From assembly GCA_964057225.1 (NCBI GenBank), contig OZ059900.1, positions 2,542,001 through 2,606,000 of the forward strand: DNA of 64,000 nt, given 5' to 3'. Each line of letters starts with the position of its first letter. Position 1 is the first letter of the stretch. The notes beneath the pieces are model-generated. The model was not told the DNA's origin, did no database searches, and saw nothing but the letters and a program-made list of their open reading frames with translations. This document shows, piece by piece, positions 42,901 to 59,076 of this stretch. Both the position numbers and the translations under genes were made by a program. The DNA is from Auanema rhodensis. Taxonomy: Eukaryota > Animalia > Nematoda.

Positions 42901-45900
42901 ACCATATACTCACCGATTTTTGGTACAAAATCTGTAATACTCGTAAATTTTGATCATATTCGTTAAGATTTGAGAATCAAACACACAATACACAAAATCA
43001 GTCTATTTTTATGAGCTTGCACTGATATATATTCATTTTGATCAAAAAAGGTCGAAAATAGAAAGAATTTTTGAATTTTCCGAGTTTTGAGTCCAATTGG
43101 GCTAAATCGCTCATGTATATGATCAAAAACATAGTTTTATTGTCTATAACAAAAAAAGTCATCAATTAAACGCTAGTGATGTTTAAATACTGATTTTCGC
43201 TCAAATAGCATTACTACACTAAGTATGGTCGTTTTTATGCCTTTAACACCATATACTCACCGATTTTTGGTACAAAATCTGTGATACTCGTAAATTTTGA
43301 TCATATTCGGTAAGATTCGAGAATCAAACACACAATACACAAAATAAGTTTATTTTTACGAATTTGCACTGATATTTATTCATTTTGATCAAAAAAGGTC
43401 GAAAAAAGAAAGAATTTTTGAAATTTCCGAGTTTTGAGTCTAATTTGGCTAAATCGCTCATATATATGATCAGAAGCATAGGTGTATTGTCTATGATAAC
43501 AAAAGTCTTCAAATATACACTAATAATGATTAAATCACTGAATTTCAGTCAAATAGCATTACTACACTAAGTATGGTCGTTTTTATGCCTTTAACACCAT
43601 ATACTCACCGATTTTTGGTACAAAATCTGTAATACTTGTAAATTTTGATCATATTCGTTAAGATTCGAGAATCAAACACATAATACACGAAATAAGTCTA
43701 GTTTTATGAGTTTGCACTGATATTTATTCATTTTGATCAAAAAAGGTCGAAAATAGAAAGAATTTTTGAATTTTCCGAGTTTTGAGTCCAATTGGGCTAA
43801 ATCGCTCATATAGATGATCAAAAGCATAGTTTTACTGTCTATGATAACAAAAGTCTTTAAATATACACTAATAATGTGTAAATCACTGAATTTCACTCAA
43901 ATAGCATTACTACACTAAGTATGGTCGTTTTTATGCCTTTAACACCATATACTCACCGATTTTTGGTACAAAATCTGTAATACTTGTAAATTTTGATCAT
44001 ATTCGTTAAGATTCGAGAATCAAACACATAATACACGAAATAAGTCTATTTTTACAAGTTTGCACTGATATTTATTCATTTTGATCAAAAAAGGTCGAAA
44101 ATAGAAAGAATTTTTGAAATTTCCGAGTTTTGAGTCCAATTTGGCTAAATCGCTCATATATAAGATCAAAAGCATAGTTGTATTGTCTATAACAACAAAA
44201 GTCATCAATTAAACGCTAGTGATGTTTAAATATTGAATTTCGCTCAAATAGCATTACTACACTAAGTATGGTCGTTTTTATGCCTTTAACACCATATACT
44301 CACCGATTTTTGGTACAAAATCTGTAATACTCGTAAATTTTGATCATATTCGTTAAGATTTGAGAATCAAACATACAATACACAAAATCAGTCTATTTTT
44401 ATGAGCTTGCACTGATATATATTCATTTTGATCAAAAAAGGTCGAAAATAGAAAGAATTTTTGAAATTTCCGAGTTTTGAGTCTAATTTGGCTAAATCGC
44501 TCATATATATGATCAGAAGCATAGGTGTATTGTCTATGACAACAAAAGTCATTAACTAAACACTAATGATGTTTAAATCACTAAATTTCGCTCTAATAGC
44601 ATTACTACACTAAGTATGGTCGTTTTTATGCCTTTAACACCATATACTCACCGATTTTTGGTACAAAATCTGTAATACTCGTAAATTTTGATCATATTCG
44701 TTAAGATTTGAGAATCAAACACACAATACACAAAATCAGTCTATTTTTATGAGCTTGCACTGATATATATTCATTTTGATCAAAAAAGGTCGAAAATAGA
44801 AAGAATTTTTGAAATTTCCGAGTTTTGAGTCTAATTTGGCTAAATCGCTCATATATATGATCAGAAGCATAGGTGTATTGTCTATGACAACAAAAGTCAT
44901 CAATTAAACGCTAGTGATGTTTTAATACTGAATTTCGCTCAAATAGCATTACTACACTAAGTATGGTCGTTTTTATGCCTTTAACACCATATACTCACCG
45001 ATTTTTGGTACAAAATCTGTAATACTCGTAAATTTTGATCATATTCGTTAAGATTTGAGAATCAAACATACAATACACAAAATCAGTCTATTTTTATGAG
45101 CTTGCACTGATATATATTCATTTTGATCAAAAAAGGTCGAAAATAGAAAGAATTTTTGAAATTTCCGAGTTTTGAGTCTAATTTGGCTAAATCGCTCATA
45201 TATATGATCAAAAACATAGTTTTACTGTCTATGATAACAAAAGTCTTCAAATATACACTAATAATGATTAAATCACTGAATTTCAGTCAAATAGCATTAC
45301 TACACTAAGTATGGTCGTTTTTATGCCTTTAACACCATATACTCACCGATTTTTGGTACAAAATCTGTAATACTCGTAAATTTTGATCATATTCGTTAAG
45401 ATTTGAGAATCAAACACACAATACACAAAATCAGTCTATTTTTATGAGCTTGCACTGATATATATTCATTTTGATCAAAAAAGGTCGAAAATAGAAAGAA
45501 TTTTTGAATTTTCCGAGTTTTGAGTCCAATTGGGCTAAATCGCTCATGTATATGATCAAAAACATAGTTTTATTGTCTATAACAAAAAAAGTCATCAATT
45601 AAACGCTAGTGATGTTTAAATACTGATTTTCGCTCAAATAGCATTACTACACTAAGTATGGTCGTTTTTATGCCTTTAACACCATATACTCACCGATTTT
45701 TGGTACAAAATCTGTGATACTCGTAAATTTTGATCATATTCGGTAAGATTCGAGAATCAAACACACAATACACAAAATAAGTTTATTTTTACGAATTTGC
45801 ACTGATATTTATTCATTTTGATCAAAAAAGGTCGAAAAAAGAAAGAATTTTTGAAATTTCCGAGTTTTGAGTCTAATTTGGCTAAATCGCTCATATATAT

Positions 45901-46400
45901 GATCAGAAGCATAGGTGTATTGTCTATGATAACAAAAGTCTTCAAATATACACTAATAATGATTAAATCACTGAATTTCAGTCAAATAGCATTACTACAC
46001 TAAGTATGGTCGTTTTTATGCCTTTAACACCATATACTCACCGATTTTTGGTACAAAATCTGTAATACTTGTAAATTTTGATCATATTCGTTAAGATTCG
46101 AGAATCAAACACATAATACACGAAATAAGTCTAGTTTTATGAGTTTGCACTGATATTTATTCATTTTGATCAAAAAAGGTCGAAAATAGAAAGAATTTTT
46201 GAATTTTCCGAGTTTTGAGTCCAATTGGGCTAAATCGCTCATATAGATGATCAAAAGCATAGTTTTACTGTCTATGATAACAAAAGTCTTCAAATATACA
46301 CTAATAATGTGTAAATCACTGAATTTCACTCAAATAGCATTACTACACTAAGTATGGTCGTTTTTATGCCTTTAACACCATATACTCACCGATTTTTGGT
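37000..46400 (+). repeat. 7-monomer (2,433-bp) higher-order repeat, about 4 copies, one lacking a monomer (2,085 bp)
   Basis: The marker monomer (TCGGTAAG...AAGTTTATTTTTACGAATTT...GAAAAAAGAAAG) occurs at 38806, 41239, 43324 and 45757, giving spacings of 2433, 2085 and 2433. Neighbouring monomers keep the same order. Confidence 0.9.
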
Positions 46401-49400
46401 ACAAAATCTGTAATACTTGTAAATTTTGATCATATTCGTTAAGATTCGAGAATCAAACACATAATACACGAAATAAGTCTATTTTTATGAGTTTGCACTG
46501 ATATTTATTCATTTTGATCAAAAAAGGTCGAAAATAGAAAGAATTTTTGAAATTTCCGAGTTTTGAGTCTAATTTGGCTAAATCGCTCATATATATGATC
46601 AGAAGCATAGTTTTATTGTCTATGACAACAAAAATTATCAATTAAACGCTAGTGATGTTTAAATACTGATTTTCGCTCAAATAGCATTACTACACTAAGT
46701 ATGGTCGTTTTTATGCCTTTAACACCATATACTCACCGATTTTTGGTACAAAATCTGTAATACTCGTAAATTTTGATCATATTCGTTAAGATTTGAGAAT
46801 CAAACATACAATACACAAAATCAGTCTATTTTTATGAGCTTGCACTGATATATATTCATTTTGATCAAAAAAGGTCGAAAATAGAAAGAATTTTTGAAAT
46901 TTCCGAGTTTTGAGTCTAATTTGGCTAAATCGCTCATATATATGATCAAAAGCATAGTTTTATTGTCTATAACAGCAAAAGTCATCAATTAAACGCTAGT
47001 GATGTTTAAATACTGAATTTCGCTCAAATAGCATTACTACACTAAGTATGGTCGTTTTTATGCCTTTAACACCATATACTCACCGATTTTTGGTACAAAA
47101 TCTGTAATACTTGTAAATTTTGATCATATTTGTTAAGATTCGAGAATCAAACACATAATACACGAAATAAGTCTATTTTTACAAGTTTGCACTGATATTT
47201 ATTCATTTTGATCAAAAAAGGTCGAAAATAGAAAGAATTTTTGAAATTTCCGAGTTTTGAGTCCAATTTGGCTAAATCGCTCATATATAAGATCAAAAGC
47301 ATAGTTTTATTGTCTATAACAACAAAAGTCATCAATTAAACGCTAGTGATGTTTAAATACTGAATTTCGCTCAAATAGCATTACTACACTAAGTATGGTC
47401 GTTTTTATGCCTTTAACACCATATACTCACCGATTTTTGGTACAAAATCTGTAATACTCGTAAATTTTGATCATATTCGTTAAGATTTGAGAATCAAACA
47501 TACAATACACAAAATCAGTCTATTTTTATGAGCTTGCACTGATATATATTCATTTTGATCAAAAAAGGTCGAAAATAGAAAGAATTTTTGAAATTTCCGA
47601 GTTTTGAGTCTAATTTGGCTAAATCGCTCATATATATGATCAGAAGCATAGGTGTATTGTCTATGACAACAAAAGTCATTAATTAAACACTAATGATGTT
47701 TAAATCACTAAATTTCGCTCTAATAGCATTACTACACTAAGTATGGTCGTTTTTATGCCTTTAACACCATATACTCACCGATTTTTGGTACAAAATCTGT
47801 AATACTCGTAAATTTTGATCATATTCGTTAAGATTTGAGAATCAAACATACAATACACAAAATCAGTCTATTTTTATGAGCTTGCACTGATATATATTCA
47901 TTTTGATCAAAAAAGGTCGAAAATAGAAAGAATTTTTGAAATTTCCGAGTTTTGAGTCTAATTTGGCTAAATCGCTCATATATATGATCAGAAGCATAGG
48001 TGTATTGTCTATGACAACAAAAGTCATTAATTAAACACTAATGATGTTTAAATCACTAAATTTCGCTCTAATAGCATTACTACACTAAGTATGGTCGTTT
48101 TTATGCCTTTAACACCATATACTAACCGATTTTTGGTACAAAATCTGTAATACTCGTAAATTTTGATCATATTCGTTAAGATTTGAGAATCAAACACACA
48201 ATACACAAAATCAGTCTATTTTTATGAGCTTGCACTGATATATATTCATTTTGATCAAAAAAGGTCGAAAATAGAAAGAATTTTTGAAATTTCCGAGTTT
48301 TGAGTCTAATTTGGCTAAATGGCTCATATATATGATCAGAAGCATAGGTGTATTGTCTATGACAACAAAAGTCATCAATTAAACGCTAGTGATGTTTAAA
48401 TACTGAATTTCGCTCAAATAGCATTACTACACTAAGTATGGTCGTTTTTATGCCTTTAACACCATATACTCACCGATTTTTGGTACAAAATCTGTAATAC
48501 TCGTAAATTTTGATCATATTCGTTAAGATTTGAGAATCAAACATACAATACACAAAATCAGTCTATTTTTATGAGCTTGCACTGATATATATTCATTTTG
48601 ATCAAAAAAGGTCGAAAATAGAAAGAATTTTTGAAATTTCCGAGTTTTGAGTCTAATTTGGCTAAATCGCTCATATATATGATCAAAAACATAGTTTTAC
48701 TGTCTATGATAACAAAAGTCTTCAAATATACACTAATAATGATTAAATCACTGAATTTCAGTCAAATAGCATTACTACACTAAGTATGGTCGTTTTTATG
48801 CCTTTAACACCATATACTCACCGATTTTTGGTACAAAATCTGTAATACTCGTAAATTTTGATCATATTCGTTAAGATTTGAGAATCAAACACACAATACA
48901 CAAAATCAGTCTATTTTTATGAGCTTGCACTGATATATATTCATTTTGATCAAAAAAGGTCGAAAATAGAAAGAATTTTGGAAATTTCCGAGTTTTGAGT
49001 CTAATTTGGCTAAATCGCTCATATATATGATCAGAAGCATAGGTGTATTGTCTATGACAACAAAAGTCATCAATTAAACGCTAGTGATGTTTTAATACTG
49101 AATTTCGCTCAAATAGCATTACTACACTAAGTATGGTCGTTTTTATGCCTTTAACACCATATACTCACCGATTTTTGGTACAAAATCTGTAATACTCGTA
49201 AATTTTGATCATATTCGTTAAGATTTGAGAATCAAACATACAATACACAAAATCAGTCTATTTTTATGAGCTTGCACTGATATATATTCATTTTGATCAA
49301 AAAAGGTCGAAAATAGAAAGAATTTTTGAAATTTCCGAGTTTTGAGTCTAATTTGGCTAAATCGCTCATATATATGATCAAAAGCATAGTTTTACTGTCT

Positions 49401-50963
49401 ATGATAACAAAAGTCTTCAATTATACACTAATAATGATTAAATCACTGAATTTCAGTCAAATAGCATTACTACACTAAGTATGGTCGTTTTTATGCCTTT
49501 AACACCATATACTCACCGATTTTTGGTACAAAATCTGTAATACTTGTAAATTTTGATCATATTTGTTAAGATTCGAGAATCAAACACATAATACACGAAA
49601 TAAGTCTATTTTTACAAGTTTGCACTGATATTTATTCATTTTGATCAAAAAAGGTCGAAAATAGAAAGAATTTTTGAAATTTCCGAGTTTTGAGTCTAAT
49701 TTGGCTAAATCGCTCATATATATGATCAGAAGCATAGTTTTATTGTCTATGACAACAAAAGTCATCAATTAAACGCTAGTGATGTTTAAATACTGATTTT
49801 CGCTCAAATAGCATTACTACACTAAGTATGGTCGTTTTTATGCCTTTAACACCATATACTCACCGATTTTTGGTACAAAATCTGTAATACTCGTAAATTT
49901 TGATCATATTCGTTAAGATTTGAAAATCAAACACATAATACACGAAATAAGTCTATTTTTATGAGTTTGCACTGATATTTATTCATTTTGATCAAAAAAG
50001 GTCGAAAATAGAAAGAATTTTTGAAATTTCCGAGATTTGAGTCTAATTTGGCTAAATCGCTCATATATATGATCAGAAGCATAGTTTTATTGTCTATGAC
50101 AACAAAAATCATCAATTAAACGCTAGTGATGTTTAAATACTGATTTTCGCTCAAATAGCATTACTACACTAAGTATGGTCGTTTTTATGCCTTTAACACC
50201 ATATACTCACCGATTTTTGGTACAAAATCTGTAATACTCGTAAATTTTGATCATATTCGTTAAGATTTGAGAATCAAACATACAATACACAAAATCAGTC
50301 CATTTTTATGAGCTTGCACTGATATATATTCATTTTGATCAAAAAAGGTCGAAAATAGAAAGAATTTTTGAAATTTCCGAGTTTTGAGTCTAATTTGGCT
50401 AAATCGCTCATATATATGATCAGAAGCATAGTTTTATTGTCTATGACAACAAAAATCATCAATTAAACGCTAGTGATGTTTAAATACTGATTTTCGCTCA
50501 AATAGCATTACTACACTAAGTATGGTCGTTTTTATGCCTTTAACACCATATACTCACCGATTTTTGGTACAAAATCTGTAATACTCGTAAAATTTGATCA
50601 TATTTGTTAAGATTTGAGAATCAAACACACAATACACAAAATCAGTCTATTTTTATGAGTTTACACTGATATATATTCATTTTCATCAAAAAAGGTCGAA
50701 AATAGAAAGAATTTTTGAATTTTCCGAGTTTTGAGTCGAATTGGGCTAAATCGCTCATATATATGATCAAAAGCATAGTTTTACTGTCTATGATAACAAA
50801 AGTCTTCAAATATACACTAATAATGATTAAATCACTGAATTTCACTCAAATAGCATTACTACACTAAGTATGGTCGTTTTTATGCCTTTAACACCATATA
50901 CTCACCGATTTTTGGTACAAAATCTGTAATACTTGTAAATTTTGATCATATTTGTTAAGATTC

Positions 50964-51005
50964 GAGAATCAAACACATAATACACAAAATAAGTCTATTT
51001 TTTTT
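50964..51005 (+). repeat. Truncated-monomer scar, 42-bp remnant, copy 1
   Basis: GAGAATCAAACA occurs at 50964 and 51006, joined by AAGTCTA-T8-GAGAATC. ORF spacing 50642 to 51379 is 737 = 695+42. Confidence 0.9.
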
Positions 51006-54000
51006 GAGAATCAAACATACAATACACAAAATCAGTCTATTTTTATGAGCTTGCACTGATATATATTCATTTTGATCAAAAAAGGTCGAAAATAGAAAGA
51101 ATTTTTGAAATTTCCGAGTTTTGAGTCTAATTTGGCTAAATCGCTCATATATATGATCAGAAGCATAGTTTTATTGTCTATGACAACAAAAATCATCAAT
51201 TAAACGCTAGTGATGTTTAAATACTGATTTTCGCTCAAATAGCATTACTACACTAAGTATGGTCGTTTTTATGCCTTTAACACCATATACTCACCGATTT
51301 TTGGTACAAAATCTGTAATACTCGTAAAATTTGATCATATTTGTTAAGATTTGAGAATCAAACACACAATACACAAAATCAGTCTATTTTTATGAGTTTA
51401 CACTGATATATATTCATTTTCATCAAAAAAGGTCGAAAATAGAAAGAATTTTTGAATTTTCCGAGTTTTGAGTCAAATTGGGCTAAATCGCTCATATATA
51501 TGATCAAAAGCATAGTTTTACTGTCTATGATAACAAAAGTCTTCAAATATACACTAATAATGATTAAATCACTGAATTTCACTCAAATAGCATTACTACA
51601 CTAAGTATGGTCGTTTTTATGCCTTTAACACCATATACTCACCGATTTTTGGTACAAAATCTGTAATACTTGTAAATTTTGATCATATTTGTTAAGATTC
51701 GAGAATCAAACACATAATACACAGAATAAGTCTATTTTTACAAGTTTGCACTGATATTTATTCATTTTGATCAAAAAAGGTCGAAAATAGAAAGAATTTT
51801 TGAAATTTCCGAGTTTTGAGTCCAATTTGGCTAAATCGCTCATATATATGATCAAAAGCATAGTTTTATTGTCTATAACAACAAAAGTCATCAATTAAAC
51901 GCTAGTGATGTTTAAATACTGAATTTCGCTCAAATAGCATTACTACACTAAGTATGGTCGTTTTTATGCCTTTAACACCATATACTCACCGATTTTTGGT
52001 ACAAAATCTATAATACTCGTAAATTTTGATCATATTCGTTAAGATTTGAGAATCAAACATACAATACACAAAATCAGTCTATTTTTATGAGCTTGCACTG
52101 ATATATATTCATTTTGATCAAAAAAGGTCGAAAATAGAAAGAATTTTTGAAATTTCCGAGTTTTGAGTCTAATTTGGCTAAATCGCTCATATATATGATC
52201 AAAAGCATAGTTTTATTGTCTATGACAACAAAAGTCATCAATTAAACGCTAGTGATGTTTAAATACTGAATTTCGCTCAAATAGCATTACTACACTAAGT
52301 ATGGTCGTTTTTATGCCTTTAACACTATATACTCACCGATTTTTGGTACAAAATCTGTAATACTCGTAAATTTTGATCATATTCGTTAAGATTTGAGAAT
52401 CAAACATACAATACACAAAATCAGTCTATTTTTATGAGCTTGCACTGATATATATTCATTTTGATCAAAAAAGGTCGAAAATTGAAAGAATTTTTGAAAT
52501 TTCCGAGTTTTGAGTCTAATTTGGCTAAATCGCTCATATATATGATCAGAAGCATAGTTTTATTGTCTATGACAACAAAAGTCATCAATTAAACGCTAGT
52601 GATGTTTAAATACTGATTTTCGCTCAAATAGCATTACTACACTAAGTATGGTCGTTTTTATGCCTTTAACACCATATACTCACCGATTTTTGGTACAAAA
52701 TCTGTAATACTCGTAAATTTTGATCATATTCGTTAAGATTTGAAAATCAAACACATAATACACGAAATCAGTCTATTTTTATGAGCTTGCACTGATATAT
52801 ATTCATTTTGATCAAAAAAGGTCGAAAATAGAAAGAATTTTGGAAATTTCCGAGTTTTGAGTCTAATTTGGCTAAATCGCTCATATATATGATCAAAAGC
52901 ATAGTTTTACTGTCTATGATAACAAAAGTCTTCAAATATACACTAATAATGATTAAATCACTGAATTTCACTCAAATAGCATTACTACACTAAGTATGGT
53001 CGTTTTTATGCCTTTAACACCATATACTCACCGATTTTTGGTACAAAATCTGTAATACTTGTAAATTTTGATCATATTTGTTAAGATTCGAGAATCAAAC
53101 ACATAATACACAAAATAAGTCTATTTTTACAAGTTTGCACTGATATTTATTCATTTTGATCAAAAAAGGTCGAAAATAGAAAGAATTTTTGAAATTTCCG
53201 AGTTTTGAGTCCAATTTGGCTAAATCGCTCATATATATGATCAAAAGCATAGTTTTATTGTCTATAACAACAAAAGTCATCAATTAAACGCTAGTGATGT
53301 TTAAATACTGAATTTCGCTCAAATAGCATTACTACACTAAGTATGGTCGTTTTTATGCCTTTAACACCATATACTCACCGATTTTTGGTACAAAATCTAT
53401 AATACTCGTAAATTTTGATCATATTCGTTAAGATTTGAGAATCAAACATACAATACACAAAATCAGTCTATTTTTATGAGCTTGCACTGATATATATTCA
53501 TTTTGATCAAAAAAGGTCGAAAATAGAAAGAATTTTTGAAATTTCCGAGTTTTGAGTCTAATTTGGCTAAATCGCTCATATATATGATCAAAAGCATAGT
53601 TTTATTGTCTATGACAACAAAAGTCATCAATTAAACGCTAGTGATGTTTAAATACTGAATTTCGCTCAAATAGCATTACTACACTAAGTATGGTCGTTTT
53701 TATGCCTTTAACACTATATACTCACCGATTTTTGGTACAAAATCTGTAATACTCGTAAATTTTGATCATATTCGTTAAGATTTGAGAATCAAACATACAA
53801 TACACAAAATCAGTCTATTTTTATGAGCTTGCACTGATATATATTCATTTTGATCAAAAAAGGTCGAAAATAGAAAGAATTTTTGAAATTTCCGAGTTTT
53901 GAGTCTAATTTGGCTAAATCGCTCATATATATGATCAGAAGCATAGTTTTATTGTCTATGACAACAAAAGTCATCAATTAAACGCTAGTGATGTTTAAAT

Positions 54001-54478
54001 ACTGATTTTCGCTCAAATAGCATTACTACACTAAGTATGGTCGTTTTTATGCCTTTAACACCATATACTCACCGATTTTTGGTACAAAATCTGTAATACT
54101 CGTAAATTTTGATCATATTCGTTAAGATTTGAAAATCAAACACATAATACACGAAATCAGTCTATTTTTATGAGCTTGCACTGATATATATTCATTTTGA
54201 TCAAAAAAGGTCGAAAATAGAAAGAATTTTTGAAATTTCCGAGTTTTGAGTCTAATTTGGCTAAATCGCTCATATATATGATCAAAAGCATAGTTTTACT
54301 GTCTATGATAACAAAAGTCTTCAAATATACACTAATAATGATTAAATCACTGAATTTCACTCAAATAGCATTACTACACTAAGTATGGTCGTTTTTATGC
54401 CTTTAACACCATATACTCACCGATTTTTGGTACAAAATCTGTAATACTTGTAAATTTTGATCATATTTGTTAAGATTC

Positions 54479-54520
54479 GAGAATCAAACACATAATACAC
54501 AAAATAAGTCTATTTTTTTC
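54479..54520 (+). repeat. 42-bp remnant, copy 2 (T7C junction variant)
   Basis: GAGAATCAAACA occurs at 54479 and 54521. Confidence 0.9.
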
Positions 54521-56951
54521 GAGAATCAAACATACAATACACAAAATCAGTCTATTTTTATGAGCTTGCACTGATATATATTCATTTTGATCAAAAAAGG
54601 TCGAAAATAGAAAGAATTTTTGAAATTTCCGAGTTTTGAGTCTAATTTGGCTAAATCGCTCATATATATGATCAGAAGCATAGTTTTATTGTCTATGACA
54701 ACAAAAATCATCAATTAAACGCTAGTGATGTTTAAATACTGATTTTCGCTCAAATAGCATTACTACACTAAGTATGGTCGTTTTTATGCCTTTAACACCA
54801 TATACTCACCGATTTTTGGTACAAAATCTGTAATACTCGTAAAATTTGATCATATTTGTTAAGATTTGAGAATCAAACACACAATACACAAAATCAGTCT
54901 ATTTTTATGAGTTTACACTGATATATATTCATTTTCATCAAAAAAGGTCGAAAATAGAAAGAATTTTTGAATTTTCCGAGTTTTGAGTCGAATTGGGCTA
55001 AATCGCTCATATATATGATCAAAAGCATAGTTTTACTGTCTATGATAACAAAAGTCTTCAAATATACACTAATAATGATTAAATCACTGAATTTCACTCA
55101 AATAGCATTACTACACTAAGTATGGTCGTTTTTATGCCTTTAAAACCATATACTCACCGATTTTTGGTACAAAATCTGTAATACTTGTAAATTTTGATCA
55201 TATTTGTTAAGATTCGAGAATCAAACACATAATACACAAAATAAGTCTATTTTTACAAGTTTGCACTGATATTTATTCATTTTGATCAAAAAAGGTCGAA
55301 AATAGAAAGAATTTTTGAAATTTCCGAGTTTTGAGTCCAATTTGGCTAAATCGCTCATATATATGATCAAAAGCATAGTTTTATTGTCTATAACAACAAA
55401 AGTCATCAATTAAACGCTAGTGATGTTTAAATACTGAATTTCGCTCAAATAGCATTACTACACTAAGTATGGTCGTTTTTATGCCTTTAACACCATATAC
55501 TCACCGATTTTTGGTACAAAATCTATAATACTCGTAAATTTTGATCATATTCGTTAAGATTTGAGAATCAAACATACAATACACAAAATCAGTCTATTTT
55601 TATGAGCTTGCACTGATATATATTCATTTTGATCAAAAAAGGTCGAAAATAGAAAGAATTTTTGAAATTTCCGAGTTTTGAGTCTAATTTGGCTAAATCG
55701 CTCATATATATGATCAAAAGCATAGTTTTATTGTCTATTACAACAAAAGTCATCAATTAAACGCTAGTGATGTTTAAATACTGAATTTCGCTCAAATAGC
55801 ATTACTACACTAAGTATGGTCGTTTTTATGCCTTTAACACTATATACTCACCGATTTTTGGTACAAAATCTGTAATACTCGTAAATTTTGATCATATTCG
55901 TTAAGATTTGAGAATCAAACATACAATACACAAAATCAGTCTATTTTTATGAGCTTGCACTGATATATATTCATTTTGATCAAAAAAGGTCGAAAATAGA
56001 AAGAATTTTTGAAATTTCCGAGTTTTGAGTCTAATTTGGCTAAATCGCTCATATATATGATCAGAAGCATAGTTTTATTGTCTATGACAACAAAAGTCAT
56101 CAATTAAACGCTAGTGATGTTTAAATACTGATTTTCGCTCAAATAGCATTACTACACTAAGTATGGTCGTTTTTATGCCTTTAACACCATATACTCACCG
56201 ATTTTTGGTACAAAATCTGTAATACTCGTAAATTTTGATCATATTCGTTAAGATTTGAAAATCAAACACATAATACACGAAATCAGTCTATTTTTATGAG
56301 CTTGCACTGATATATATTCATTTTGATCAAAAAAGGTCGAAAATAGAAAGAATTTTTGAAATTTCCGAGTTTTGAGTCTAATTTGGCTAAATCGCTCATA
56401 TATATGATCAGAAGCATAGTTTTATTGTCTATGACAACAAAAATCATCAATTAAACGCTAGTGATGTTTAAATACTGATTTTCGCTCAAATAGCATTACT
56501 ACACTAAGTATGGTCGTTTTTATGCCTTTAACACCATATACTCACCGATTTTTGGTACAAAATCTGTAATACTCGTAAAATTTGATCATATTTGTTAAGA
56601 TTTGAGAATCAAACACACAATACACAAAATCAGTCTATTTTTATGAGTTTACACTGATATATATTCATTTTCATCAAAAAAGGTCGAAAATAGAAAGAAT
56701 TTTTGAATTTTCCGAGTTTTGAGTCTAATTTGGCTAAATCGCTCATATATATGATCAAAAGCATAGTTTTACTGTCTATGATAACAAAAGTCTTCAAATA
56801 TACACTAATAATGATTAAATCACTGAATTTCACTCAAATAGCATTACTACACTAAGTATGGTCGTTTTTATGCCTTTAACACCATATACTCACCGATTTT
56901 TGGTACAAAATCTGTAATACTTGTAAATTTTGATCATATTTGTTAAGATTC

Positions 56952-56993
56952 GAGAATCAAACACATAATACACAAAATAAGTCTATTTTTTTT
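56952..56993 (+). repeat. 42-bp remnant, copy 3
   Basis: GAGAATCAAACA occurs at 56952 and 56994. Confidence 0.9.
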
Positions 56994-59076
56994 GAGAATC
57001 AAACATACAATACACAAAATCAGTCTATTTTTATGAGCTTGCACTGATATATATTCATTTTGATCAAAAAAGGTCGAAAATAGAAAGAATTTTTGAAATT
57101 TCCGAGTTTTGAGTCCAATTTGGCTAAATCGCTCATATATATGATCAAAAGCATAGTTTTATTGTCTATAACAACAAAAGTCATCAATTAAACGCTAGTG
57201 ATGTTTAAATACTGAATTTCGCTCAAATAGCATTACTACACTAAGTATGGTCGTTTTTATGCCTTTAACACCATATACTCACCGATTTTTGGTACAAAAT
57301 CTATAATACTCGTAAATTTTGATCATATTCGTTAAGATTTGAGAATCAAACATACAATACACAAAATCAGTCTATTTTTATGAGCTTGCACTGATATATA
57401 TTCATTTTGATCAAAAAAGGTCGAAAATAGAAAGAATTTTTGAAATTTCCGAGTTTTGAGTCTAATTTGGCTAAATCGCTCATATATATGATCAAAAGCA
57501 TAGTTTTATTGTCTATGACAACAAAAGTCATCAATTAAACGCTAGTGATGTTTAAATACTGAATTTCGCTCAAATAGCATTACTACACTAAGTATGGTCG
57601 TTTTTATGCCTTTAACACTATATACTCACCGATTTTTGGTACAAAATCTGTAATACTCGTAAATTTTGATCATATTCGTTAAGATTTGAGAATCAAACAT
57701 ACAATACACAAAATCAGTCTATTTTTATGAGCTTGCACTGATATATATTCATTTTGATCAAAAAAGGTCGAAAATAGAAAGAATTTTTGAAATTTCCGAG
57801 TTTTGAGTCTAATTTGGCTAAATCGCTCATATATATGATCAGAAGCATAGTTTTATTGTCTATGACAACAAAAGTCATCAATTAAACGCTAGTGATGTTT
57901 AAATACTGATTTTCGCTCAAATAGCATTACTACACTAAGTATGGTCGTTTTTATGCCTTTAACACCATATACTCACCGATTTTTGGTACAAAATCTGTAA
58001 TACTCGTAAATTTTGATCATATTCGTTAAGATTTGAAAATCAAACACATAATACACGAAATAAGTCTATTTTTATGAGTTTGCACTGATATTTATTCATT
58101 TTGATCAAAAAAGGTCGAAAATAGAAAGAATTTTTGAAATTTCCGAGTTTTGAGTCTAATTTGGCTAAATCGCTCATATATATGATCAGAAGCATAGTTT
58201 TATTGTCTATGACAACAAAAATCATCAATTAAACGCTAGTGATGTTTAAATACTGATTTTCGCTCAAATAGCATTACTACACTAAGTATGGTCGTTTTTA
58301 TGCCTTTAACACCATATACTCACCGATTTTTGGTACAAAATCTGTAATACTCGTAAATTTTGATCATATTCGTTAAGATTTGAGAATCAAACATACAATA
58401 CACAAAATCAGTCTATTTTTATGAGCTTGCACTGATATATATTCATTTTGATCAAAAAAGGTCGAAAATAGAAAGAATTTTTGAAATTTCCGAGTTTTGA
58501 GTCTAATTTGGCTAAATCGCTCATATATATGATCAGAAGCATAGTTTTATTGTCTATGACAACAAAAATCATCAATTAAACGCTAGTGATGTTTAAATAC
58601 TGATTTTCGCTCAAATAGCATTACTACACTAAGTATGGTCGTTTTTATGCCTTTAACACCATATACTCACCGATTTTTGGTACAAAATCTGTAATACTCG
58701 TAAAATTTGATCATATTTGTTAAGATTTGAGAATCAAACACACAATACACGAAATCAGTCTATTTTTATGAGTTTACACTGATATATATTCATTTTCATC
58801 AAAAAAGGTCGAAAATAGAAAGAATTTTTGAATTTTCCGAGTTTTGAGTCGAATTGGGCTAAATCGCTCATATATATGATGAAAAGCATAGTTTTACTGT
58901 CTATGATAACAAAAGTCTTCAAATATACACTAATAATGATTAAATCACTGAATTTCACTCAAATAGCATTACTACACTAAGTATGGTCGTTTTTATGCCT
59001 TTAACACCATATACTCACCGATTTTTGGTACAAAATCTGTAATACTTGTAAATTTTGATCATATTTGTTAAGATTC

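Noticed and set aside
31569-46003. Plus-strand 61-aa ORFs MIKKGRKKKEFLKF...
   Set aside because: They arise from a single TAG to AAG SNP in one monomer variant and simply track the 7-mer HOR.
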